NCBI GenBank assembly: GCA_050123235.1
Contig: JASFHL010000008.1
Coordinates: 1 to 54,105 of the forward strand
Length of the DNA: 54,105 bases
Reading direction: 5' to 3'
From: Candidatus Woesebacteria bacterium
GTDB lineage: Bacteria > Patescibacteriota > Microgenomatia > UBA1400 > PJMF01
This document shows positions 7,684 through 17,603 of this stretch, piece by piece. Within the stretch, counting starts at the first letter, position 1. Every line of letters begins with the position of its first letter. The position numbers and the translations under genes are program-made. A model generated the notes under the pieces. That model had not been told where the DNA came from, ran no database searches, and worked only from the letters and a program-made list of their open reading frames with translations.

Positions 7684-8349
7684 TTAGTTTGCTAATTTAA
7701 TCACTCCCCATCTAGGTAAATGAGCACGACTCCATAGCCCACTGCCAAAATTAATGATCATCACTCTTTCACCTCTTGCTCTCAAGTCATATTCAATATG
7801 ACGATCTCTACTTTCTGCAACAGCAGTCAAACTTTGGAAATGTTCTGGCCTGAGTTGCCACATCACTAAATTGGGGTTTTGATCACTGCCTTCAATCACC
7901 GGGATTTCTCCCTCTGCCACTACTGCAGCCAAAACCCTATCTTCAGTAAAAGGCAGCATATCTCTAATTCCTCCACCGGTGGCATTGTATTTAAAAAATT
8001 GAGTCTGATAATCTCCTCGCCAGTGGACAAGGGCTGTTACTTGTCTAGTGCGGGTGCTGCCTGGTTCTTGATAAGTCACGGTTAGTGTTTCTGCTTCTCC
8101 TTCGGGGTCAGCAAAGTCTATTCTTTGACTATGGGCTTTTGTTAGTTCTACTGCCAAAAGAGAACCTGTTAAGGCAACTCCATATTTTACAGTATTTTTT
8201 AAAAATTCGCGGCGGCTAGGATTTGCTACAAAATCCCTATCTTGATCGTTGCCTCTTAAAAGTTCTCGAATGTTTTTGAAGATATTGGGAATATTGGAGA
8301 GCTTTATTTTAAAAGCTTCTTTGTTTAAACGGCTACGAACTCTTTCCAT
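7684..8349 (-). CDS. hypothetical exported protein with a twin-arginine-like signal
   Basis: SRREFLK is followed by the hydrophobic stretch NTVKYGVALTGSLLAV and then KAHS. No domain recognised in the mature part. Confidence 0.6.
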   Translation of the reverse strand: MERVRSRLNKEAFKIKLSNIPNIFKNIRELLRGNDQDRDFVANPSRREFLKNTVKYGVALTGSLLAVELTKAHSQRIDFADPEGEAETLTVTYQEPGSTRTRQVTALVHWRGDYQTQFFKYNATGGGIRDMLPFTEDRVLAAVVAEGEIPVIEGSDQNPNLVMWQLRPEHFQSLTAVAESRDRHIEYDLRARGERVMIINFGSGLWSRAHLPRWGVIKLAN

Positions 8350-8408
8350 TGTTTTAGCTTACACTAGTTGCTTCTACTTGAGAAGTGAAAAAAGCATGTT
8401 CTAAATAA

Positions 8409-10202
8409 CTAGCTTAAGGCTTCTATAAGGAGTTTTTCTGGCTCTGGTGTTTGATTTTGCCAAATGTCTCCATGAATTAGTGCTCCAGGCCCGACAGTAA
8501 CATTTTCTTCCCAGCTACCATTTAATAAAGCATCTAAGCCTACTGAACTGACAATTGGCCACATATTTTCTTCTGTTTCATTATTCGGGGCGGTGACATC
8601 AGGATTATTTTCGGAGGTTTGAGCTAGGGTAGCGGCTGCTTCAGTGAGTGCTTGCCAATTTTCATATTCCGAAACTAGAACAGCATAAGGATCTTTTAGT
8701 AAAGGTACTCCACAAGGACCAATATCAATGCCACTCTTAGTTCTGCATCCAGGAGATTCAAGATATGTTTTAGGTACTTTCCAGCGTTCCTTGAGTTGGA
8801 TTTCTACATATTTATTATTTTTAATGTCTTGCTCGATTTTTTGAAGCAATTCTGGAGAACGCATCATTTCAGCAGGGAGCTTATCTAGTCTTAGAGTTTT
8901 TACCTTAAGTATGTCTGTGGGAGGACAAATTAGATTTTTTGATAGCAACTTAAGTGGATTATCTGAACTAAGGCTGACTCCTCTAGCAATCTTTTCAGCT
9001 TTTTTTCTAGCTTGTTGGGAAATTCTCAAGCCATCTAATTCATCACATTTTATTTGCCAGCGTTCCAAGATTTCCTGAATAGATAATTGGTAGCTATGGC
9101 TAGCTCCTTGATAATTGCTAGCATGGTCTTCCACCCACTTCAGAAAGTGTTCGCGACAGATGGCTACCAGTTCATCAAATTTGGCTGCAAAATTAGGAAA
9201 TAGATCTGGACTGATGGCTGAGTGACTTTTTTGGTCAAATGCTTGTTCGGGATTAGAAAGAGAGTGATGGACATGAGCCAAAGTAGTCAAAAGCTTTTCT
9301 GCTTCTTGACTGCAAAGTGCTAGGATTTTATCTAGCTCTTGGTCAAATAAAGCGCGGTTAATAGTAGGCAAATCATTTAATCTCACAGGCCAAGAGCTTT
9401 CTTTTTGAAAAATAAAAGCTTGGATTTGTTCTAATTGTTCTGAGCCGACAAAATGAGGCAGCTGAACTAAAGTAGCAATAATGGAGTGAGGGACTGATAA
9501 ATTCCCAGTGGCTAGACTAATGGTTTCCTTGGGATTAATTTTTGAGTTGGCTTGGGCTTCTATCTCTGCAGCTGTGGAAACAGCTAACTGATTATTTAAA
9601 GTAAAACTATGATTAATAGCAAAAACTTGTCCTCCAAGGACGGTTTGTAAGAAGTTTTGAAAAGCAATCAAATCAGCATTAAGATCGTAATTAAGATATT
9701 GGATCATTCGGCATTCATTGGGGCCAGTTTTAATAAAAACATTGATGTAATTATTTTTAACTTTTTCCTCGCCTAGGTAGCCTTCACTTTTTTTACCACG
9801 CGGACTAACTAAAACTAAAGCTTCACCCACCAGCACGTTTTCATCAGCCAACCATTGTTCTAAAGCCAACATGGCGCGAGTTTCTAAACTTGCTCTGAGA
9901 GTTTCAAAGCCTCTACTGGCAAGTGCTAGTTCATTATTGCGACCCAAAGTGGTAATTGATTCTGGAAACAAATTATAAACTCCTTTGTGAGTGTAAGGAT
10001 GATAACTTTTGACGGCAAACATACCAACATACTCATGAAAAAAAGTAGCCAATTCTAATTGCAAAATTTTTAAACTTTGATTTAGATCACGATTTTGGAG
10101 ATAGCGTTCAAAATAAGGAGTAGATGTCCAAAATTTAATTTTCTCTTTTGGCCTAAAGCGCTCTTTTAAAGAGGCAAATCTATTACGTAATCTTTCTGGC
10201 AT
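8409..10202 (-). CDS. hypothetical 597-606-aa cytoplasmic protein
   Basis: Long ORF with no TM helix or signal peptide. The track start is 10229. The ATG at 10202 is preceded by AGGAG (10214-10210) at 7-nt spacing, so I prefer it. Confidence 0.7.
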   Translation of the reverse strand: MPERLRNRFASLKERFRPKEKIKFWTSTPYFERYLQNRDLNQSLKILQLELATFFHEYVGMFAVKSYHPYTHKGVYNLFPESITTLGRNNELALASRGFETLRASLETRAMLALEQWLADENVLVGEALVLVSPRGKKSEGYLGEEKVKNNYINVFIKTGPNECRMIQYLNYDLNADLIAFQNFLQTVLGGQVFAINHSFTLNNQLAVSTAAEIEAQANSKINPKETISLATGNLSVPHSIIATLVQLPHFVGSEQLEQIQAFIFQKESSWPVRLNDLPTINRALFDQELDKILALCSQEAEKLLTTLAHVHHSLSNPEQAFDQKSHSAISPDLFPNFAAKFDELVAICREHFLKWVEDHASNYQGASHSYQLSIQEILERWQIKCDELDGLRISQQARKKAEKIARGVSLSSDNPLKLLSKNLICPPTDILKVKTLRLDKLPAEMMRSPELLQKIEQDIKNNKYVEIQLKERWKVPKTYLESPGCRTKSGIDIGPCGVPLLKDPYAVLVSEYENWQALTEAAATLAQTSENNPDVTAPNNETEENMWPIVSSVGLDALLNGSWEENVTVGPGALIHGDIWQNQTPEPEKLLIEALS

Positions 10203-10355
10203 TAAAAAACTCCTCGTGTTGAGGAGCATGGGGCTTTTCTACTGGATGTTTTAAAATCTTAAACATCAGCCCGATGCTCGTCGGATTCTTCTTTGCTTTT
10301 GGCAAAGAATCATCTCTTGTGTCGGACTGATTTGTTGAGTAAATAGCTATGTTTT

Positions 10356-10534
10356 GCTAATTCTAAAAACTAAATATTAAGATAGACGAGACCTTGAAGC
10401 GAAGCATTAAACCTGTTGTTAGATAGTCAGTGTTGATGCTGAGCTTCAGAAGAGAGCATTGTTTATTAACAAAACAAAAAAATATCGATGCGAACGTGTC
10501 TCGGATAGCTTAATATTTAGTTTTTAGAATTAGC
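10356..10534 (-). ncRNA. candidate structured RNA (or ssDNA) element, copy 2 of 3 (opposite orientation)
   Basis: Perfect 26/26 arms at 10356-10381 and 10509-10534, followed by a further imperfect 11-bp extension. On the plus strand the reverse-complemented boxes read ttgaagcga at 10394-10402 and gagcttca at 10441-10448. They are 38 nt apart. Confidence 0.55.
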
Positions 10535-10819
10535 TTCATAGTTTTTGCTAACAAAAACACCGTTGCGGCACAGTGAAGGATTTTCACCTTCTTCCAAAAG
10601 ATATTTATTTTGTTAAAGTTATGCTTTTACTTAGCGATAACTGTATCGGTTGTAGCATGAAAGTGAGGTGGGGGGCAAGGGGAATAAAAGGCATGAGTTT
10701 ATTTACTGATATTTGGTAGAAAAAAACAATTAAAATTTAATCAAAAGCTTGTTTCGTGATTTTAATTTTTTTAAAACTGGGATAAAAACATAAAAAATTA
10801 CCTAGATTGTTTTTTTTTG

Positions 10820-12070
10820 CTAGCCGACTGCTTGAGTTTGTGGAAGAGGAGTTTCTGCAGCTTTTTGTTTTGTTTCTGCTTTAAAATTAAGTTTACTTTG
10901 ATCAACTCCTTTTAAAATTACTTCCTGAATTTCAGTTTGAGTCAAAGCCCGGTGATGAACAGCAAATATCCCATTAGCAAATACTTGTCCATTAATCATT
11001 TTTTTACCTTCATCTCCTAGCGCATTCAGCCATTTGATTTTTAAGTCTGGGCGCATATCAAAATTTTCGAAGATTTTCACTATTTGTTCAGAACTAACTT
11101 GTTTTATAAAGTTTGGGATGTCGGCTGGATTCATATACTCAGCAAATCTCATATAAGTTTGGTCTTTACCAGCCATACCAAGAATCGCTCTGGCCATATC
11201 AACACCTATTTGGCCAAAAGCCTGATCTGCAATTTTCTCTGTTTTTGTTTGAATAAGATCAAATCCTTTTTGCATTGCTAGAGAAAAAAAGACGCTATCT
11301 TTAATACCATTCATCGATATATCTAATAAACATAAGCCAAAGATCAAAGCTTTTTCACCAATTCCAAATTTTTTTTCTTTGCCATCTTCATCTCTTGCTG
11401 TAAGTTCTAAGGTCCCCTCTTTCTGCTTTGTAGTAACAATATTCATGCTTTCTATTGGTACAATGGCAGTTGTTTTTGTATCAGGTTCAATAGTGGAAAC
11501 ATTTTCTCCGAGTGCAGCTCTCATTCTATCTTGTTGTTGACGCCCAAAAAATTTTTCTTGAGAGATTTCCTGCAGTTTTCGTAAAACATCAGGACTTATT
11601 TCTGTTCTGGCTTGCGTAATATCACCACCAGCTTTGAGTGCTTCTAACCAGTAACCGATTTGTTCTAAGGAATAATCATCTGGATTATCTACAATCGTTT
11701 TTAGTTGCTTTACAATTTCTTCTTTTGTATGAGTTATTTGCTCAGGGGCTAGTGCGAGTTCAGCTCCCAGAGTAGTAGTTATTTCTTCAGTAGTCGCTGC
11801 TCTTGTGGTTTCTGGAGATTCCACTGTTTGAGCAGTGGCGGCCCCAACAGGAGTCTCTATCCGGAGGGCTGGAGAAGTGGCAGCCGCTTCTGGCTTGGGT
11901 AAAGTTGTATCTCCTGGCATTCTATCTGCAAGGGTTGGGCTTGTTCTAACAAAAAATTCGCTTAAAAATCCAGGATTTAAAGTAGTACCCACACCAGGTT
12001 TTGCAGATGGCTTTGCTTCTTGGGTCAACACTTCAACAGTTTTTGTCTTAGCTGCTGCTGTTTCATTCAT
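10820..12070 (-). CDS. hypothetical 416-aa protein
   Basis: Long ORF with a low-complexity T/A/E/P-rich N-terminal ~110 aa and no TM helix. It is divergent from the 1214-aa gene. Confidence 0.7.
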   Translation of the reverse strand: MNETAAAKTKTVEVLTQEAKPSAKPGVGTTLNPGFLSEFFVRTSPTLADRMPGDTTLPKPEAAATSPALRIETPVGAATAQTVESPETTRAATTEEITTTLGAELALAPEQITHTKEEIVKQLKTIVDNPDDYSLEQIGYWLEALKAGGDITQARTEISPDVLRKLQEISQEKFFGRQQQDRMRAALGENVSTIEPDTKTTAIVPIESMNIVTTKQKEGTLELTARDEDGKEKKFGIGEKALIFGLCLLDISMNGIKDSVFFSLAMQKGFDLIQTKTEKIADQAFGQIGVDMARAILGMAGKDQTYMRFAEYMNPADIPNFIKQVSSEQIVKIFENFDMRPDLKIKWLNALGDEGKKMINGQVFANGIFAVHHRALTQTEIQEVILKGVDQSKLNFKAETKQKAAETPLPQTQAVG

Positions 12071-12130
12071 GATTCTACTGTAACTGTTTTCGGAAAATTA
12101 TTCAAGAAATGTTTATTAGGAATTGATATA

Positions 12131-15100
12131 ATGAAATGTATGGGAGAACAAAAAGGATTAGATCCACAAGTAGTAGAGTTTGTTAGTGCTGACTATACAG
12201 GGCATCCTAAATATCCCCTTTCTAAAACAACAAGAGAAGTTTTAAAAAGGTCTCCTGAAGCTTTGGGTGCTTTAAAAGATTTTGCTAAAGCCTTAGCTGT
12301 AGGGAGTAGTGGAAGAGTAGCTCGAGTAGAAGAGAAAGTGGCTGCTCTGATTGAGAGTAGAGTAGGAGATGCTTTTGATGCTTTTTTTACTGGAGAAGCT
12401 GCTGCCGCAGCGATGATGGATGATGAAACTTCTCTTTTATACTTGATGTTGAATGAGCTCGTTAAAGTGTCAAAAGATGAGCTTATCGCAAAAGAAGAGG
12501 GCTGGCCTCCAGAGGGAATAGCACAACTAGCTGTTTTAGTCACAAAACATCAAGCAGTGCTTACTGAACTAGATGAATCGCTAACTGGTAAAGTTTTTGA
12601 TCCAACTAAAACTGCTGATAAAGTAGATATTGAAGAGATGGAACAAAGGGTAAAGACTTTTCAAAAAGACAGCGGAGCAGATAGAGAAAAAATTTTTGAT
12701 TTAATTGCCAATTTGGCAGGAATTTCAGAGATGGTTAGAGAATTTCATGTTGGAAGCATAAAAGAAGTAGAATCAAAAAGAGAAAAACTCCAGACATTAG
12801 AACAAACGATATCTTTGGGAGAAAATTTTTTATCACAGGCTGAAGCAGTAGAAGTAATGTTTTATAAGGCTAGGGCACCGTTTTTATATGGCCCTAATTT
12901 TAGAACTTTATTTTATCGTGTTAAGGAACACAAAGATGGGACTTATGAAGCAGCAACTACTGGTTCTAAGGTGATTGCTTTTAGAGAGCGTTTTAAGGAT
13001 TGGCAAAATTTTCATAAACTAGTTGAAATTGATTGTTCCAAAAAGATAACTGAAGTAGCGTTAGCTGAAGAAAACCCAATTGGTCAGATTGAGCATAGAG
13101 CCTTGCTGGCTTTATTAGATGAGGCTAAGCCATTTGTAGAAGTAAGAAAAAATCAGGCATTTGAATGGTGGAAAACTAATCTTGAAACAATTCATCCTCC
13201 TTTCAAAGATTTTAATAAGTGCTTAGCTGAAATAGAAGCATTGAAGCCAATTCCAAAAGATCATGATGAAGAAGATTTAGAAAAGAAGATTAAAGCTTTG
13301 GAAGAGCATAAAGGGAAAGTTGTTACTCACGTAGACAAACAAGTGGCTGATGGGAAGATGCCATCAGAGGATCAAGATACAAGATATAAAGAACACTTAG
13401 CTGGAATTTGGGAAAAGGTAGATGACGAAGCAGGAAGATTGCAGGAGTTTTTAGATGAGAAAGAGAAAAAGAGACATGAGTTTTTTGAATTGGCATCTGT
13501 GAGAGTAGCTGCTGAGTTTTTTGGAGGAGGGTTTGTTGAAGGATTAGCTCGAGATTGGAAGGAGGAGCATCCAGCTAAGTTGGCTAAGGGAATTTTTGAG
13601 TATATTGTAAAGGTTTTTATTTTAGATGAAGGAGTGAGGGACAACAAGGCCTTTATGAGTTTAAATTTAATGGGAGAACACCTCACTGGTGTGCCGGATG
13701 AACCGACTGTAGGTCTATTATTGAGGTCTTTTAAATCTTTGGGGGTGCTTCTTGAAGGAGAGGAAGTAATGTTCAAGGGAGAGTTGGCTGATAGAAGAAC
13801 TGTAATTGAAAAATTACATGAAAAGCTTTCTCATGATATTGTTCAAATTGAATTAACTTTTAATAGGGGAAGATCTGTTAATGAGCTTGAAACAAAACCT
13901 GACGGTTTGTTGAGTTTCTATGGAGAGAAAAAAAATCAAGTGGATGCCACTGATTGGGCAAGGTTTGTCAAATTAGGGCTTGGATATGAAGATTTTGAAG
14001 GAGGTATTCCTCTTGCAGAACGATTACGCCGAGCGAATATGATTTGGGATGCGATGCATAAGCCGATTTTTCAAGATGTTGGTGTTTTTTCAGATTCCAC
14101 AGATGAAGATCCAAAGTTCCTCACTAATTTCTGGGTGGCTAATCCTTTAACAACTTATCCTCTTGCAGGCGGTGATGCAAATAGACATTTTCTTCAAAGA
14201 GAATTGGTCCGTATTATTGCCGGTATGGATGAAGCTCCAGCTTTTATGACCATATCCAGAGATCCCGGGGAAACAATGTATGCCTGGAACGTGCGTAGAA
14301 TGGAGATTCTTAGAGAAAATATTCGCAAAATTTTATATGAAACAACTGAACCTTTATATGGAGATGGCAGAGCCTCAGATGGAGGTTTATATAATAGATG
14401 GAAAAGATCAGGAGTTCCACCTAACGAAAGAGAATATCTATCTGCCGACGAAAAGAAATATATGTTTGATGGTTTTCTCGCAGAAGCTCTGATTGGGAAT
14501 CAGAAAGAATATGGTTTGGAAATTGCAGCAGCAGAAGGAGCAAAGTTAACTGGAAAAACAAGAACGATTGATGGTTTACCATTTGTAGAAGTAGATGCTA
14601 CTCATGGCCAAAAGGCTATTATTGCTGTTTCAAGATGGTTTAATCCAGCTATGTATTCTAAAAAATTAATTAAAGAAAGAGGGGGAGAGGGTACTCATGG
14701 TCCGAAGTTAACTCTATATGAATGGTTAGCTTTTGTAACTTCTCAGACACAGCGATATTATTATATTCCGGAAGAAGAGAGAGAAGGGGTTACTTTGGCG
14801 GAAGCATTGGCATGCGCCGAGACAGTAGAAGCTTTTGCGGGATTACCTTTTAGTCAAATTGTGACAGCAGATAAAGAACATGAGCCAACTGCATGGTTTA
14901 CTGTTTTTGAAATGGCAGCAAAGCAATGGAAACGCTTGACTGAGGGACTTGGTATAAGGATAAAAGATATTACTACTAGTGAGCCAGGTTCTGACGGAGC
15001 TATTATTTCTTATAATGCAGAAATTGCTAGACTTATTAGTAAGCTTGCCAGAGACTGTGAGTATGAACAATTTAGAGATTGGGGTACTACCACTAAAACT

Positions 15101-15775
15101 TGGGATACTGACCAGGATTATGAAGAGTTTAGAACAGTAGAGGATTGGTTTTTAGCTCAGTTAGAAACAGGAGTTTATCCTGATAAACCAGATGAGATAA
15201 ATGGGGTTATTGTGACTGATAGACTTTGGGAAGATGTGCAAGAGTTTTCGAAATTACCAACAGCTTTCCATAGAATCTATGATATAAGAAAAACATCTGA
15301 AGTAGATAAGTTAGAGCACGCCCGAATGACTAGATGGGTAACTAATAGAGCGATGTCTCTTAGGTTTCCTGGAGAGAAAACTAAGATGAATCCGTTCCAT
15401 GCAGAGGTTTTAAATGGCACCAGGGCTGATGGAAATAAAGTAAATGATATGGCACAAGTCGCTAAAAAGGTGGCTGTTGGAAATTTGTTAGCTGGCGCGA
15501 TGTCTGTTGAATCAGCAGCTGATTATACTTACACAGATGTGGTGGCCTTAGCACAAGTATTGAGTTATGATGTGTTTTGGAAATACAGGCATAATGTTCT
15601 TGTTGAAGCAGTAAGAGGAATGGGCCTGATTTCATCAAGACCTCCTACTTATGAATATGGCTTAGGTTATTTTACAGAAAAAGAAGCTATGGCATTATTT
15701 GAATGGGTGGGTATAGATACAGGAATTATTGCTAAAGCTAAAGAGATTATAAGAAAAGTTAAACAACATGGTTAA
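12131..15775 (+). CDS. hypothetical ~1214-aa cytoplasmic protein
   Basis: Very long ORF with no TM helix or signal peptide. The track start at 12020 would overlap the divergent gene by 51 nt and encodes a Cys/Phe-rich junk-like leader. I prefer the ATG at 12131 (MKCMGEQKG...). Confidence 0.75.
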   Translation: MKCMGEQKGLDPQVVEFVSADYTGHPKYPLSKTTREVLKRSPEALGALKDFAKALAVGSSGRVARVEEKVAALIESRVGDAFDAFFTGEAAAAAMMDDETSLLYLMLNELVKVSKDELIAKEEGWPPEGIAQLAVLVTKHQAVLTELDESLTGKVFDPTKTADKVDIEEMEQRVKTFQKDSGADREKIFDLIANLAGISEMVREFHVGSIKEVESKREKLQTLEQTISLGENFLSQAEAVEVMFYKARAPFLYGPNFRTLFYRVKEHKDGTYEAATTGSKVIAFRERFKDWQNFHKLVEIDCSKKITEVALAEENPIGQIEHRALLALLDEAKPFVEVRKNQAFEWWKTNLETIHPPFKDFNKCLAEIEALKPIPKDHDEEDLEKKIKALEEHKGKVVTHVDKQVADGKMPSEDQDTRYKEHLAGIWEKVDDEAGRLQEFLDEKEKKRHEFFELASVRVAAEFFGGGFVEGLARDWKEEHPAKLAKGIFEYIVKVFILDEGVRDNKAFMSLNLMGEHLTGVPDEPTVGLLLRSFKSLGVLLEGEEVMFKGELADRRTVIEKLHEKLSHDIVQIELTFNRGRSVNELETKPDGLLSFYGEKKNQVDATDWARFVKLGLGYEDFEGGIPLAERLRRANMIWDAMHKPIFQDVGVFSDSTDEDPKFLTNFWVANPLTTYPLAGGDANRHFLQRELVRIIAGMDEAPAFMTISRDPGETMYAWNVRRMEILRENIRKILYETTEPLYGDGRASDGGLYNRWKRSGVPPNEREYLSADEKKYMFDGFLAEALIGNQKEYGLEIAAAEGAKLTGKTRTIDGLPFVEVDATHGQKAIIAVSRWFNPAMYSKKLIKERGGEGTHGPKLTLYEWLAFVTSQTQRYYYIPEEEREGVTLAEALACAETVEAFAGLPFSQIVTADKEHEPTAWFTVFEMAAKQWKRLTEGLGIRIKDITTSEPGSDGAIISYNAEIARLISKLARDCEYEQFRDWGTTTKTWDTDQDYEEFRTVEDWFLAQLETGVYPDKPDEINGVIVTDRLWEDVQEFSKLPTAFHRIYDIRKTSEVDKLEHARMTRWVTNRAMSLRFPGEKTKMNPFHAEVLNGTRADGNKVNDMAQVAKKVAVGNLLAGAMSVESAADYTYTDVVALAQVLSYDVFWKYRHNVLVEAVRGMGLISSRPPTYEYGLGYFTEKEAMALFEWVGIDTGIIAKAKEIIRKVKQHG

Positions 15776-15827
15776 GTAGTTTTTTAAAACAAGCTTGAAG
15801 CAAATTGTTTAGAATTGTAATATTTAT

Positions 15828-17603
15828 TTAGGCATAGCCACTGGTGTCACCTTTGGCTTGAGCTGAGCCTTCGGAAACTCCACTAGTGCCTGTCGTTGTA
15901 GCAGCAGCAGGAGGTGGAGGTGGCGTTCCTGCCGGTTGAGCTGGCGTACGGCCAAGTTTATCGGCAGCTTTTTGAATAACGCCTTGAGCTGCTGGTCCTA
16001 AAGCAGTCCCTACATATCCCCAATTCTGGATAGTTTGACCAAGTGCACTGAGTTTGTGTGCTCCTTTATATAAAGGCGGAATAACCACAGGCGCTGCAGC
16101 TCCTATTGGGGCACCAATTGCTCCATATTTCAGAGCTTGTCTCCAGCCGCCAGCTTGATCTCCAATTTTACCTGTTTTACCTAGATAACCACCTACTAAA
16201 GCACCACCTAGCATACCTCCTCCTGTAGCAGCAGTATAGCCAGCTATTTTCTTCGTCGGCGCAATTCCTCTCTTAGCATTTTGTACTGCGGTATTAAGCA
16301 ACTCTCCGATTACACCCTCTTTAGCACCAAAGGCTTCTTTGATTTTTTTGATAGTTTCTGGGATAGCCAAGATGATGCCAATACCTACCAAAGTGGTGAC
16401 AGCTCCACCGGTGCCTTGACCGATCATATATGGTGGCATAAAGCCGCCACTGGCGATTTCATTTTCAGTAATGGTTTTATACATAATTAGGAGCAGTAAA
16501 ACTGCTGGCCAAGCGGCTAGGTTACCAACTAGGCTTTTGAGCCAGCCCACAAACACATTTTTGCCAGGTAGAGCGCCCATCATTAAGACAATGGGAGCGA
16601 AAGCAATACTAATAATAACAGCAATATAAGTTTTGAGTAATTCAAAGAAAAGTTTAAAGACTCCAATTAAAATCGCAATCGAGACAATCACGCCGACAGT
16701 AATCCCACTGACCCAGCTTAAAATATCTCCCAAGACACCCAAACTACTAGTTGTTTCATGAACAAAACTTTCAACAGCATTGTTAACAGAACCAAAAGCA
16801 GAACCTTCTTCCCATGGTAAGACTAAGCTAGCTCCTAGTTGTAAAAAGTTTTTATTAATCAAATCAACATCGCCTCCAAAAACTCCAATCATTAAATACA
16901 TAGAGAGATACATGATGTCAATTAATAGACCCGCGATGGCATAAGAAAAAGTTACAAAGATTAAGGCAATAATAATCTGAGGAATAGCTTGTTGGGCGGT
17001 GACTACAGTTTGGCCGCTGATTTTATGACGGAACATAATCATAAAACCAATTACCAAAAAGATGAGTACAAAAAATAAATAGGAAATATTTCTAAACACT
17101 TTCCAGGTTTCTAATACTGGATCAAGTGCAGCAAAGCCTAAACCTTGAGCATAGGCCTGAGGAACAATTTTAGCATTATAAAATAAGTCTGCCACATAAG
17201 TTTGGGCACTGGCTGGAGGGTTATACATCATGGCAATAGCTTTACCCATGCCGCCGATGGCGCCACCCCCACCAAATTTTTTTTGAACAATTTGGCGTTC
17301 ACTTTCAGTTAACCCAGCTGCTTCTACAGAGCCACTATCACCACAGCCTGTTACATAACAATTAGTGACGACTAATAAATTCCCTCCTAATTGTTGAGTG
17401 AGCTTTCCATTACTAGCTTCTTCGTCAGCAACAGATTTGAGTAGCTCATTTTTTTCTGATTGAGCATCTGAGGCACTTTGTCCAAAAGCTTCTTTGATTG
17501 CTTCCAGTAGCCCTGCATGAGCTGGTTTAGCAGCGAAAAATAAAGATAAAGTGGAAATCAAAGTAAAAATGGTGAGAGTCAAGGCAAGCTTGCATTTTGC
17601 CAT
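15828..17603 (-). CDS. polytopic membrane protein, VirB6/TrbL/PrgH-like candidate
   Basis: Signal peptide (MAKCKLALTLTIFTLISTLSLFFAAKPAHA). At least 6 hydrophobic helices lie in the central 300 aa. The Gly-rich C-terminal part ends in PPPPPAAATTT. The VirB6-like call rests on architecture only. Confidence 0.5.
   Translation of the reverse strand: MAKCKLALTLTIFTLISTLSLFFAAKPAHAGLLEAIKEAFGQSASDAQSEKNELLKSVADEEASNGKLTQQLGGNLLVVTNCYVTGCGDSGSVEAAGLTESERQIVQKKFGGGGAIGGMGKAIAMMYNPPASAQTYVADLFYNAKIVPQAYAQGLGFAALDPVLETWKVFRNISYLFFVLIFLVIGFMIMFRHKISGQTVVTAQQAIPQIIIALIFVTFSYAIAGLLIDIMYLSMYLMIGVFGGDVDLINKNFLQLGASLVLPWEEGSAFGSVNNAVESFVHETTSSLGVLGDILSWVSGITVGVIVSIAILIGVFKLFFELLKTYIAVIISIAFAPIVLMMGALPGKNVFVGWLKSLVGNLAAWPAVLLLLIMYKTITENEIASGGFMPPYMIGQGTGGAVTTLVGIGIILAIPETIKKIKEAFGAKEGVIGELLNTAVQNAKRGIAPTKKIAGYTAATGGGMLGGALVGGYLGKTGKIGDQAGGWRQALKYGAIGAPIGAAAPVVIPPLYKGAHKLSALGQTIQNWGYVGTALGPAAQGVIQKAADKLGRTPAQPAGTPPPPPAAATTTGTSGVSEGSAQAKGDTSGYA

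Noticed and set aside
10667-10682. G-rich tract ggtggggggcaagggg as a G-quadruplex or regulatory signal
   Set aside because: There are only three usable G-runs and it is a single occurrence. There is no supporting context, and it could be chance.
12020-12130. Track start of the giant plus-strand ORF at 12020
   Set aside because: It would overlap the divergent 416-aa gene by 51 nt. The first 37 residues (MGQHFNSFCLSCCCFIHDS...) look like out-of-frame shadow sequence. The ATG at 12131 is more plausible.
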